Notes under the pieces: generated by a model | Database searches by the model: none | What the model saw: only the letters and a program-made list of their open reading frames with translations | Told to the model about the DNA's origin: nothing | Made by a program: the position numbers and the translations under genes | Assembly (NCBI GenBank): GCA_035650735.1 | Contig: DASRGZ010000099.1 | Location: forward strand, 1 to 43,310 | Origin: Chthonomonadaceae bacterium | GTDB taxonomy: Bacteria; Armatimonadota; Chthonomonadetes; Chthonomonadales; Chthonomonadaceae | Length of the DNA stretch: 43,310 nucleotides | Direction of reading: 5' to 3' | Shown: positions 28,506 to 39,468 of the stretch, one piece after another | How the letters are laid out: every line of letters starts with the position of its first letter | How positions within the stretch are numbered: position 1 is the first letter of the stretch

Positions 28506-29732
28506 CTATTTTAGGTCCGAGCTGCTGCCTGGCTGTTGGGGCGTTCGGTAAACACCATCCTCAACCCGGGCCGGGTGCAGGAAATAGTTCTGAAGATGGG
28601 GGATGTATTCCAGAAAGACGATCTCCAGTCCCAGCGCAATATGGTTGAACAGAACCAGGTGCTGATGAATCTGCCCCATATCGCCAACGTGGGGCACAAC
28701 CTTCAGCCCGAACTTGCGTGCCAACAGGCTAATGGTGATAAACTCGCTGATTCCGGCCACGCGCACTGCATCTACCTGGATAAACTGTGCTGCCCCGGCC
28801 TGCATAAAGTTCTTGAAGAGCACTCGATTGGGCACATGCTCGCCCAGAGCGAGGGGAATCGGGGCGATAGCGCGCGCCAGGGTCTGGTGCGCGAACACGT
28901 CGTCCGGATGGGTGGGCTCCTCGATCCAGTAGGGTGACATCGGCGCCAGCGCAAGGCAGGCGCGAACCGCGCGCGGCAGAGTCCACTGCTGGTTGACGTC
29001 CAGCATCACGCGCACCTCAGAGCCGACCGTCTCGCGCACTAGATGCGCGCGCCGAATATCCCGCTCCATATCCGCTGAGCCGACTTTCAGCTTCAGCGCC
29101 GTGAATCCCTGCCCGACGGCGCGGCGGGCGTTCTCGCGAATCTGGGCATCGTCGTAGTGGAACCACCCGACCGACGTATCGTACCCCGGATAGCCGGTCT
29201 CGATCACTCCCTTGCGTTCCGCGCGGCTCATGAGGTGGGCTTCCAGGAGGGCCAGCGACTCATCGGCAGAAAGCACGTCTTCCAGGTAACTCAGGTCCAG
29301 GAGTGCGACGATCTGCCCAGGAGAAAGATCCAGCAGCAGTCTCCACAGCGGCACGCCGCGCGCCTTCGCCCAGAGATCGAAGCAGGCATTGGTGATGGAG
29401 GCGAGAGCCAGATGCACCACGCCTTTGTGCGGGCCGAGCCAGCGGTACTGCGGATGGTCGGCGATCTGTCGCTGCACACGCCCAAAATGAGCCATCAACT
29501 CTTCGATGGCCTGTCCTACAAGCGGCTGTGCCAGCTCCTCAATCGCCCGACAGACCAGATCGTTGCCGCCACCCAGGGTGAAGGCGAGGCCTGTTCCCAA
29601 GAGGCCGTGATCCGTGCTGAGTTGCGTTACGGCATAGGAATAGTGCGGGCTGACATGGATAGCGTCCGCGCCCTCGCCGGGCCGAAGAGGAAATCGCATA
29701 TCGCCAACCATGATCCGGGTGATAGTAGTCAT
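28506..29732 (-). CDS. fucD: L-fuconate dehydratase-like enolase superfamily protein
   Basis: GADAIH, RWLGPHKGVVHLALASITNACFDLWAK, GYDTSVGW, KLKVG, WIEEPTHPDD, VPHVG: fuconate dehydratase/ENOSF1 subfamily signatures. Confidence 0.82.
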   Translation of the reverse strand: MTTITRIMVGDMRFPLRPGEGADAIHVSPHYSYAVTQLSTDHGLLGTGLAFTLGGGNDLVCRAIEELAQPLVGQAIEELMAHFGRVQRQIADHPQYRWLGPHKGVVHLALASITNACFDLWAKARGVPLWRLLLDLSPGQIVALLDLSYLEDVLSADESLALLEAHLMSRAERKGVIETGYPGYDTSVGWFHYDDAQIRENARRAVGQGFTALKLKVGSADMERDIRRAHLVRETVGSEVRVMLDVNQQWTLPRAVRACLALAPMSPYWIEEPTHPDDVFAHQTLARAIAPIPLALGEHVPNRVLFKNFMQAGAAQFIQVDAVRVAGISEFITISLLARKFGLKVVPHVGDMGQIHQHLVLFNHIALGLEIVFLEYIPHLQNYFLHPARVEDGVYRTPQQPGSSSDLK

Positions 29733-29867
29733 GGGCTCCCTATCGTATACCTTAGGTATTTGTGCCGCTCTAGTGGAGCAAACCTCCCCCTTCTGCTTCG
29801 TGGCAGCCGCCTAAAACTCCTGCCAAAGAGCCAAAGAGGCAGGTTTTGGGAGTCAAGGAAGATCTTT

Positions 29868-30022
29868 AAGGTCGGACCGGACACCGGGCTTGAGGCGCTG
29901 CACGAAGCCCTGCGTTCTTGGCGGGCGCTGCCGTTATCTCTGTGCGGGTTCGCTCTCTCCGTGCCTGTCGGGCGAGAGACAGGCGTACGCAGGAGACCAG
30001 GCGTCTGATGGCGTACTTGGAT
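29868..30022 (+). pseudogene. Possible frameshifted remnant of a type IV TA AbiEi-like antitoxin C-terminus
   Basis: KVGPDTGLEALHEALRSWRALPLSLCGFA, then a frame change to RACRA...LMAYLD. Resembles the recalled KIGLDVALEALRE..FARICRV..MRPYL pattern; no start or N-terminus. Confidence 0.3.
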
Positions 30023-30186
30023 AGGGAGATTCGCCTCTTCTGCCTGTCGGTGCGCCGCATGGAGAACCGCACCACCAGAGCGATGTTGGCAAAGCGTGTT
30101 GCCCGAACCATGCAGGTTTCCCAAAACTGAGATGTCTCCTCTGGTGACGCCCTCACAAACGGACATAGAGGAAGGGATAGATAGCG

Positions 30187-31473
30187 ATGTCTGAAACCGT
30201 GCGCAAACATAAAGAGTATCTTTTTCCGGCGGTGGCGACTTACTATCAGGAGCCGCTGGCGCTGGTGCGCGGCGAAGGCATGTACGTCTGGGATGAGCAG
30301 GGAGACCGCTATCTGGACTGCTTCGGTGGGGTGCTGACCATCAGCGTCGGCCACGCGAACCCGGCGGTCGTGCAGGTCGTCGTCGAGCAGGCGCAGCGGC
30401 TCTCGCATACCTCTCCACTCTATCCGCATCCGTCCCAGTCCGATCTTGCGGAGAAACTGGCTGCGATCACGCCGGGGCGGTTGAAGAAGTCGTTCTTCAC
30501 CAGCAGCGGCACGGAGGCCAACGACACGGCCATTATGGCGGCCAAACTCTACACGGGCCGCCAGGAGATTGTCGTCCTGCGCCACAGTTACAGCGGACGC
30601 TCGGCAACGGCCCTCTCTGCGGTCGGGCAGCGTCCCTGGCGTCCCCTGCCCGCGCAGGTTCCCGGCATCGTCCATGCGCCCGCGCCCTACTGCTATCGCT
30701 GCCCCTTCAAGAGGACCTATCCCGACTGCGGCTTGGCCTGCGCGGAAGATATCGAGGAGGTCATCCAGACGACCACGACCGGGGAGATCGCCGCCTTCAT
30801 GGCCGAGACGGTGCTGGGCGTGGGCGGGTTCATCGTGCCACCGCCCGGCTACTTCGCGCGGGCGGTGGAGATCGCGCGCAGGCACGGCGGGCTGTTCATT
30901 TGCGATGAGGTGCAGACGGGATGGGGCCGCACCGGCAGCAAGTGGTTCGGCATCGAGCATTGGGATGTAGAGCCGGACATCCTGACCTCCGCGAAGGGGA
31001 TGGCGAACGGCGCGCCCATCGGCCTGACCATCGCGACGCCCGAAGTGGCCGACAGTTATCCGGGGCTGACCTTCGCGACCTTCGGCGGCAACCCGGTCTC
31101 GACGGCGGCGGCGCTGGCGGTCATCAAAGTCATCGAAGAGGAAGACCTGCGGCGCAACGCAGCGGAGGTCGGCGCCTATCTGCGGGAAGGGCTGGAGGGC
31201 TTGAAGGAGAAGCATCCCCTCGTCGGCGACGTGCGCGGCCTGGGGCTGATGCAGGGGCTGGAACTGGTCAAGGATCGCCAGACGAAGGAGCCGCACCCGC
31301 AGGCCGTTCTCACGGTGTTCGAGGAGACGAAGCGGCGCGGCGTCCTGATCGGCAAGGGCGGGCTGTATGCCAACGTCATTCGCACGGGGATGCCGCTCAT
31401 TGCCCGCCGCGCTCATGTAGACGAACTGATCGCCGCGCTCGACGCCGGGCTGGCGGCGGCTTCGCGAGGATAG
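30187..31473 (+). CDS. Class III PLP-dependent aminotransferase (AGXT2/beta-alanine transaminase-like)
   Basis: YLDCFGGVLTISVGH, SGTEAND, ICDEVQTGWGRTG, SAKGMANG (PLP Lys), TFGGNP. Confidence 0.93.
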   Translation: MSETVRKHKEYLFPAVATYYQEPLALVRGEGMYVWDEQGDRYLDCFGGVLTISVGHANPAVVQVVVEQAQRLSHTSPLYPHPSQSDLAEKLAAITPGRLKKSFFTSSGTEANDTAIMAAKLYTGRQEIVVLRHSYSGRSATALSAVGQRPWRPLPAQVPGIVHAPAPYCYRCPFKRTYPDCGLACAEDIEEVIQTTTTGEIAAFMAETVLGVGGFIVPPPGYFARAVEIARRHGGLFICDEVQTGWGRTGSKWFGIEHWDVEPDILTSAKGMANGAPIGLTIATPEVADSYPGLTFATFGGNPVSTAAALAVIKVIEEEDLRRNAAEVGAYLREGLEGLKEKHPLVGDVRGLGLMQGLELVKDRQTKEPHPQAVLTVFEETKRRGVLIGKGGLYANVIRTGMPLIARRAHVDELIAALDAGLAAASRG

Positions 31474-31477
31474 CGCT

Positions 31478-31648
31478 ATGCCACAAACCGACTTCGACCA
31501 TGCACCCCTCGTTCCGTTGCTCTGCAACGGCCAGTGGATTCTACCGCAAACGCGGGCCTTCACGAATGTTCACAATCCTTCGACCGCAGAGGTGATCGCC
31601 CGCACTGTTCTACACGCGGCAGAAGCTTGTGCTGTCGCGCTGGGATAG
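31478..31648 (+). pseudogene. N-terminal stump of a second MmsA-type aldehyde dehydrogenase
   Basis: MPQTDFDHAPLVPLLCNGQWILPQTRAFTNVHNPSTAEVIART aligns with the intact MmsA at 15066 (VPILCGGKW..HNVYNPSTGEVIART); stops after 56 aa. Confidence 0.75.
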
Positions 31649-31650
31649 GG

Positions 31651-32145
31651 ATGATGCGCGAGAGCAGAGCTGGTAGACCGCGCGCCCGCGACCTGGGCGT
31701 CCCGTTCGAGGGAACGCCGGGGCCGCTCAACGCCCTCACCGACGTGGCGGGCGTCACGGTCGGTCACATGACCTTAATCGCGGGGGAGGGCGCGCTGAAG
31801 GTGGGCGAAGGCCCGATTCGTACCGGCGTGACCGCCATCCTGCCGCGCGGCGCAGCGTCCGCCTCGCCGGTCTTTGCGGGCTGGTTCTCCTTAAACGGCA
31901 ACGGCGAGATGACCGGAACGACCTGGATCGAGGAGTCGGGCCTGCTGGATGGGCCGGTGATGCTGACCAACACGCACAGCGTCGGGACGGTGCGCGATGC
32001 GGTCATCGCCTGGCAGGTAGACGCCATTGCTGGGCGCACGGAAACTCTGCGTGCCTGCCGCCTCGATCTGCTCAGCCGGAATGGAAATCCCTCTCTGGTA
32101 GAGGCGGCATGGCAGAGCGCGGCTGTCGCCTGCCTTTTTGCGTGA
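31651..32145 (+). pseudogene. dmpA: Truncated DmpA/P1 (S58) aminopeptidase
   Basis: RPRARDLG..GTPGPLNALTDVAGVTVGH..RTGVTAILP..NGNGEMTG..LTNTHSVG; similarity ends near 32020, before the autoprocessing site. Confidence 0.8.
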
Positions 32146-32254
32146 ACCAACCTACGACGCAGTCGGTGCCCTTTGCCCAGGATACCCGAACGAGAAGCAA
32201 CGCTATTGACGTTTCCTTTCCAATCGAAATAGACCCCGCTTGCCAGGAAGCCCG

Positions 32255-32512
32255 ATGAAAATCTATGTGATCCAGCATGGACAGTCCACACACAACGCCA
32301 ATCAGGATGTTCCTTACAACCCCGATTCGCCGCTCACTCCGCTGGGACGCGAACAGGCGCAGAGGACTGCCCGCGCGCTTCAGGACGCTCGCCTCGGAGC
32401 CGTCGCGCTCTATGCCAGCCCCCAATGCCGCGCCCTGGAAACGGCCTTTGCGCTGCAACAGGCGCTGGGACTTGCCCCCAATTTTAGGAGAGGGGGAGCC
32501 GAGAAGCTCTGA
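32255..32512 (+). pseudogene. Truncated histidine phosphatase (phosphoglycerate mutase) family
   Basis: MKIYVIQHGQSTHN..DSPLTPLGREQA..LYASPQCRALETA; the RHG motif reads QHG, and the frame runs into the REP mosaic at about 32484. Confidence 0.75.
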
Positions 32513-32717
32513 CTCTCCCCTCCCCTGTTCTTGGGGGAGGGGTAAGGGGTGGGGGCCGCTCCCCTCCCCTGTTCTTGGGGATCGCCAGGCGGAGGGCTGT
32601 CGCCAGGTGTGGCTAGGCGGAGGCAAGGGCCTCGCAAGGCAGAGGACCCAACCATGGCAGGCCCGCCCCTGGCAGTCCGTTGAGGCCCGATCCTAGCAGT
32701 GGGTAAGGGGTGGGGGC
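32484..32717. repeat. BIME-like REP mosaic with a nested structured insert
   Basis: An unexpanded unit CTCCCCTCCCCTGTTCTTGGGGGAGGGGTAAGGGGTGGGGGCC is followed by a copy with the same arms but split by an insert at 32582-32700. Confidence 0.85.
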
Positions 32718-32751
32718 GAAAACTGAATGGCCCTGTGCCATCCGCAGCGAG

Positions 32752-32779
32752 GCAGGAAATCCTCCGTGCGATAGGGAAT
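32752..32779 (+). promoter_or_regulatory. Sigma-H-like promoter upstream of the AAA_35-WD40 gene
   Basis: GCAGGA-18 bp-GAAT. Confidence 0.5.
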
Positions 32780-32840
32780 CCGGCCATGACACGATTTTCC
32801 AGGCAGGAATGGAAGGTAAGCGGACGGAGAGGACAGGGGT

Positions 32841-35800
32841 ATGAACGGTTCCACAGAGCGCTTCTATGTCACCGGGGGGACGCTGCAATATGATGCGCCT
32901 TCTTACGTAGAACGCAAAGCCGATGCGGACCTCTATGAGGGCCTGTGCCGAGGCGAGTTTTGCTATGTGCTCACGTCGCGGCAGATGGGCAAGTCCTCCC
33001 TGATGGTCCGTACCGCCGCCCGCCTCCGCGCCGCAGGGGTCACGGTCGTCGTGCTGGATCTCACGGCGGTAGGGCAGAACCTGACGGTCGAACAGTGGTA
33101 TGATGGCCTGCTCGCCAGCCTGGGGATGCCCCTGGATCTGGAAGAGGATCTGGAAGACTTCTGGCTGGACAACGCGCGCCTGGGTCCCTGGCAGCGCTGG
33201 ATGGAGTCGATCCGCCAGGTCATCTTGCCGCGCTGCCCGGATCGCCTGGTCATCTTCGTAGATGAGATCGATGTTGTGCGCTCGCTGCCCTTTTCCACCG
33301 ACGAGTTCTTCGCCGGTATCCGGGAGGGCTATAACCGACGGACCCAAGATCCGCAGATGCAGCGATTGACCTTCTGCCTGCTCGGGGTCGCCACGCCTGC
33401 GGACTTGATCCGCGATACACGCATGACGCCTTTCAATATCGGCAGACGCATCGAGCTGACGGATTTCACCGAAGCCGAGGCGGCGCCGCTGGCGGCGGGA
33501 TTGAACCGTCCCTCCGCTTCAGGCCGGCGCGCCGCCTATGGACTGACGCTGCTCAAGCGCGTGCTCTTCTGGACAGGCGGGCATCCCTATCTCACGCAGC
33601 GGCTGTGCCAGGCCGTTGCGGAAGCGCCCAACGTGACGACGTCGGAGGGTGTGGACAGCCTCTGCCACCGCCTGTTCCTTTCCCGACGGGCGCGGGAGCA
33701 GGATGACAACCTGCTCTTCGTGCGAGAGCGTCTGCTGCGCAGCGAGGCGCCGGTGTCTCATCTGCTAAACCTGTACGCCCAGATCAGGAATGCGCGCAAC
33801 GTCGTGCCAGACGATGAGACGAACATGCTGGTAAGTTGGCTGCGCCTGTCGGGGATCGTGCGTGTCGCCGAAGGCCGCCTTATCGTCCGCAATCGCATCT
33901 ACGCGCGAGTCTTCGACCGGGACTGGGTGATGGAGAACATGCCCGATGTCGTCCTGCGCCGTCAGCGGGCCATCGCGCGGGAAGAGGCGCGCAAGCGGCG
34001 TCTGGCCGAGGAGCGGGAGATCGCGGCGCGGCGTCTGCTGTATGCCGCAGATATGAATCTGGCGCAGCAAGCCTGGGAGGCGGGGAAGATCGCCTATGCG
34101 CTGGAACTGCTCGAAGCCCATCGGCCCCAACCCGATCAGGAAGACCTGCGCGGCTTCGAGTGGCGCTATCTCTGGCGGCTCTGCCAGGACCAGAGCCGGC
34201 ACACATTTCGGGGGCACGAGGGGCTGGTGCATTGCGCAGCCTTCTCGCCCGACGGAACCCTGCTTGCCACCGGGGCCGAAGACACAACGGTCAAGTTATG
34301 GGAGGTCGCCACCCGGTGCGCAGTGGCTGTCCTGAAGGGACATGCAGAGCGCATCGGATGCCTCGCCTTCTCGCCGGACGGCAAACTGCTGGCGACGGGC
34401 AGTTGGGATAAGACGATCAAACTGTGGAATGTGGGCGCGCGGCAGGAGAGGGCTGCGCTTACCGGCGCGAAGGAGAACATGAATCGGCTGCTCTTCTCTC
34501 CTGACGGCAAGCTCCTGATCGCCGCCTGCGGCGGCAAAACCATACGCATCTGGGATGTGCCGCGAGGACAGCTCCGGACGACCTTGAGGGGCACGAACAC
34601 CGCCTTCCATACCGCAGCCATCTCCCCCGACGGCAAGACCCTGGCCGTCGGCAAGGACATGACCGTCGTGCTGTGGGACATCGCCCAGAAGCGGGAGACC
34701 ACGACCTTCTGGACGCACGGCAGGCTCATCGAATTCTCGCCGGACGGCAGAACCCTGGCGATCGTGGACGAGGATAACGCCTTGGCCCTCTGGGATGTGG
34801 CGGCCAAGCATCGCTTTTTTACGCTCCCGGGCCATAGGGACCGTATCCAGGCCATCGCCTTCTCGCAGGACGGTAGGACGCTGGCTTCGAGCAGTTCCGA
34901 CTGCACCATCAAGCTCTGGGACGTGCTTTCCGGCAAAGAGAAAGCCACGTTAAAGGGCCATTGCAATGAGGTCTACACGGTAGCGTTCTCGCCGGACGAT
35001 ACCGTTCTGCTTTCGAGCAGCAAGGACGGTACGGCCAAGTTGTGGGACAGTGCGCCGCCGCAGGAGATGGAAACGCTGCGAGGCCATCTGAGCGCGGCGC
35101 TCTGCCTCGCCTTCTCGCCCGATGGCACGCTGCTGGCGACCGGCAGCATGGATACGACCGCCAGGCTCTGGGATGTCCACACGACGCGGGAAATCGCCAT
35201 GCTGGCAGGCCACAAGCACAACATCTGCTGTGTGGCCTTTTCGCCCGATGGCGCGACGCTGCTCACAGGCAGTCAGGATCGGACGCTCAAGCTCTGGGAG
35301 CTGCCGGAGCTGCGTGAAAGGGCGGTGCTGAAGAGGAACCTTCAGATGGTCACGGCCGCCGCTTTCTCTCCCGATGGCAAGACACTGGCGGTCGCGAGCG
35401 GCCTCTGGGACCACCCCGGTGTTCCGGGCGCGGTCGCGCTCTGGGATAGGGAAAAGCAGAAGGAGATCGCTGTCCTGCAAGGCCATACCGGTCTGGTCCT
35501 CTGCCTGGCCTTTTCTCGCGATGGAACCCTGCTTGTCACCGGCGGCAGCGACAAAACGATCCGAATCTGGGACATGGCTGCCCGCAAGGAAGCCGCTCCG
35601 CCGCTGCGCGGCTTCGGCGATTGGGTCAGCGCCCTGGCCTTTGCTCCCAACGGCAAGACCCTGGCCGTGGGAAGCCAGTACGGCACGGTCACCGTCTGGG
35701 AGGTCGGCGCGTGGCGCGAGCGCAAGACGCTCAACGCCCATACGGGCACCGTCGGCGGCGTCGCCTTCTCCCCGGACGGGAAGACGCTGGCGACCGGAGG

Positions 35801-36041
35801 CCAGGACAGGGCCGTCAACCTCTGGAACACGGCGACCTGGCGGCTGATGCAGACGCTGCAAGGCCATACGGCGGGCGTCTCGGACTTGGCCTTCTCCCCC
35901 GACGGCAACACGCTGGCCTCGGCCAGCAGCGACGGCACGGCGCGATTGTGGCGCGCGGCCTCCTTCGCCGCAACGGACAGCGCCAGACCAACCACAAAGC
36001 CACACAGCAAAACAAGAGTATCTAACCACCCGCTCCGCTAG
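32841..36041 (+). CDS. AAA_35-type (STAND-like) ATPase fused to 14 WD40 repeats
   Basis: FYVTGGTL..SYVERKAD, Walker A variant TSRQMGKSS, Walker B LVIFVDEID, TPFNIG, WTGGHPYLTQRLC, then 14 countable (GH)..FSPDG..W(D/E/N) repeats. Confidence 0.93.
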   Translation: MNGSTERFYVTGGTLQYDAPSYVERKADADLYEGLCRGEFCYVLTSRQMGKSSLMVRTAARLRAAGVTVVVLDLTAVGQNLTVEQWYDGLLASLGMPLDLEEDLEDFWLDNARLGPWQRWMESIRQVILPRCPDRLVIFVDEIDVVRSLPFSTDEFFAGIREGYNRRTQDPQMQRLTFCLLGVATPADLIRDTRMTPFNIGRRIELTDFTEAEAAPLAAGLNRPSASGRRAAYGLTLLKRVLFWTGGHPYLTQRLCQAVAEAPNVTTSEGVDSLCHRLFLSRRAREQDDNLLFVRERLLRSEAPVSHLLNLYAQIRNARNVVPDDETNMLVSWLRLSGIVRVAEGRLIVRNRIYARVFDRDWVMENMPDVVLRRQRAIAREEARKRRLAEEREIAARRLLYAADMNLAQQAWEAGKIAYALELLEAHRPQPDQEDLRGFEWRYLWRLCQDQSRHTFRGHEGLVHCAAFSPDGTLLATGAEDTTVKLWEVATRCAVAVLKGHAERIGCLAFSPDGKLLATGSWDKTIKLWNVGARQERAALTGAKENMNRLLFSPDGKLLIAACGGKTIRIWDVPRGQLRTTLRGTNTAFHTAAISPDGKTLAVGKDMTVVLWDIAQKRETTTFWTHGRLIEFSPDGRTLAIVDEDNALALWDVAAKHRFFTLPGHRDRIQAIAFSQDGRTLASSSSDCTIKLWDVLSGKEKATLKGHCNEVYTVAFSPDDTVLLSSSKDGTAKLWDSAPPQEMETLRGHLSAALCLAFSPDGTLLATGSMDTTARLWDVHTTREIAMLAGHKHNICCVAFSPDGATLLTGSQDRTLKLWELPELRERAVLKRNLQMVTAAAFSPDGKTLAVASGLWDHPGVPGAVALWDREKQKEIAVLQGHTGLVLCLAFSRDGTLLVTGGSDKTIRIWDMAARKEAAPPLRGFGDWVSALAFAPNGKTLAVGSQYGTVTVWEVGAWRERKTLNAHTGTVGGVAFSPDGKTLATGGQDRAVNLWNTATWRLMQTLQGHTAGVSDLAFSPDGNTLASASSDGTARLWRAASFAATDSARPTTKPHSKTRVSNHPLR

Positions 36042-36177
36042 AGGCATGGAGACACGGAGGACATACGGAGAAAAGCCAAAGACCAGAACAGAGACAGAGA
36101 AACGAGAAGAAAGGCAACAAGCACCGCACGATTCCTTTTGGTGGTACAACACGACTGCTACGGAACGGAACAAAAGC

Positions 36178-36204
36178 GCGGGCGACCCTCTGAGGGTCGC
36201 CCGC
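36178..36204. terminator. Hairpin terminator between the convergent WD40 gene and katG
   Basis: GCGGGCGACCCTC-T-GAGGGTCGCCCGC inverted repeat, followed by GCTTTTG on the minus strand. Confidence 0.7.
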
Positions 36205-36217
36205 TTCGGTATCGAGC

Positions 36218-38569
<2,352 letters not shown>

Positions 38570-38659
38570 CTAAATCGTGAGGTAGAAGGTTCTCTGTTCC
38601 CACCGCCCAACATGGAAGAATGCCGCCTCGGTGCGGCGGGGAATGAATCCTATTCCTAA

Positions 38660-38687
38660 ATTCTCGCACGGGTCCGCCTTTTCCTGC
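38660..38687 (-). promoter_or_regulatory. Sigma-H-like promoter upstream of katG
   Basis: Minus strand reads GCAGGA-18 bp-GAAT. Confidence 0.5.
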
Positions 38688-38952
38688 GGGAACCGGCCTG
38701 CCTTGAGGCCCGCCCTAAATAGAACCCCTAATTAAAGCCAGTTGCCGGAAACACCGAGCGCCGCAGCGATACCTTATATTTCATGATCATGCCCATTATT
38801 ACCTCGAACGTTACGCTCGGCGTCACAAAAAGCGCCCTCTGTTCAAAAGGACGAACAATACCTTGGGAATGATCTTCTACCCCGTTGGGGCTGTAAAAAG
38901 GTAGAAGAAATTATCCGCATCGATGTTATTCGCGTGCTCGAATCTATTGCGT

Positions 38953-39368
38953 AGAGCAACGTGCGGCCTCAATTTTGGCTGCCTTGCCAAGCCTGCGAAT
39001 CAACTGGATTCGTCAAGCATCCCTTTCGCAACAAGCCAGCGGAAAAACGTGCGCAGATGCCCGTGATAGGTATGGACCCTACGGGGGCGGGCCGGACGCC
39101 GCTGCTGCCCAGCTTGGGCCGGGTTGTAGGAAGCCTCCTAGGCTGCGCCCCAGCGCCCGCCCGGCTCCCTATGGCCGTGGGTGAGGTAGGCCCGGAATTG
39201 CCGCAATTCCGTGACACCGCACTGGGCGTAGCCGCGCTTCTTGAGAAACCAGAGGAGTTTATTGACGACAATGCGGCGAACCGCCAGAGTGGCCTGCGAG
39301 TGCTGGCGGATTTCGCCGTCCAGAAGACAGCCGACGGCGCTTTGCTCCAGGCCTGTGATCGAAAGCAC
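38953..39368 (-). pseudogene. Tyrosine recombinase/integrase remnant
   Basis: LLDGEIRQHSQATLAVRRIVVNKLLWFL..ELRQFRAYLTHGHREPGGRWG, in-frame TAG (39138-39140), then RVHTYHGHLRTFFRWLVAKG. A jump in another frame gives QLIRRLGKAAKIEAARCS, cut just before the expected PHxxRH box. Confidence 0.72.
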
Positions 39369-39468
39369 GCCAGCGGTTTTTCGTGAAACTAAGCGCTTAT
39401 CTCATCTTGCCAATTCTGACTTTCGTCTTTTCGAGGATCATCCTGGCGATCCACAATTTGTCCTATTC

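Noticed and set aside
36041..36175. Purine-rich low-complexity tract and ORF 36046..36426
   Set aside because: No consistent repeat period or partner inverted copy, and the ORF overlaps katG antisense.
38820..38955. Minus-strand LRNRFEH as a possible HEPN RxxxxH motif
   Set aside because: A six-residue match in a short stop-interrupted frame is not distinguishable from chance.
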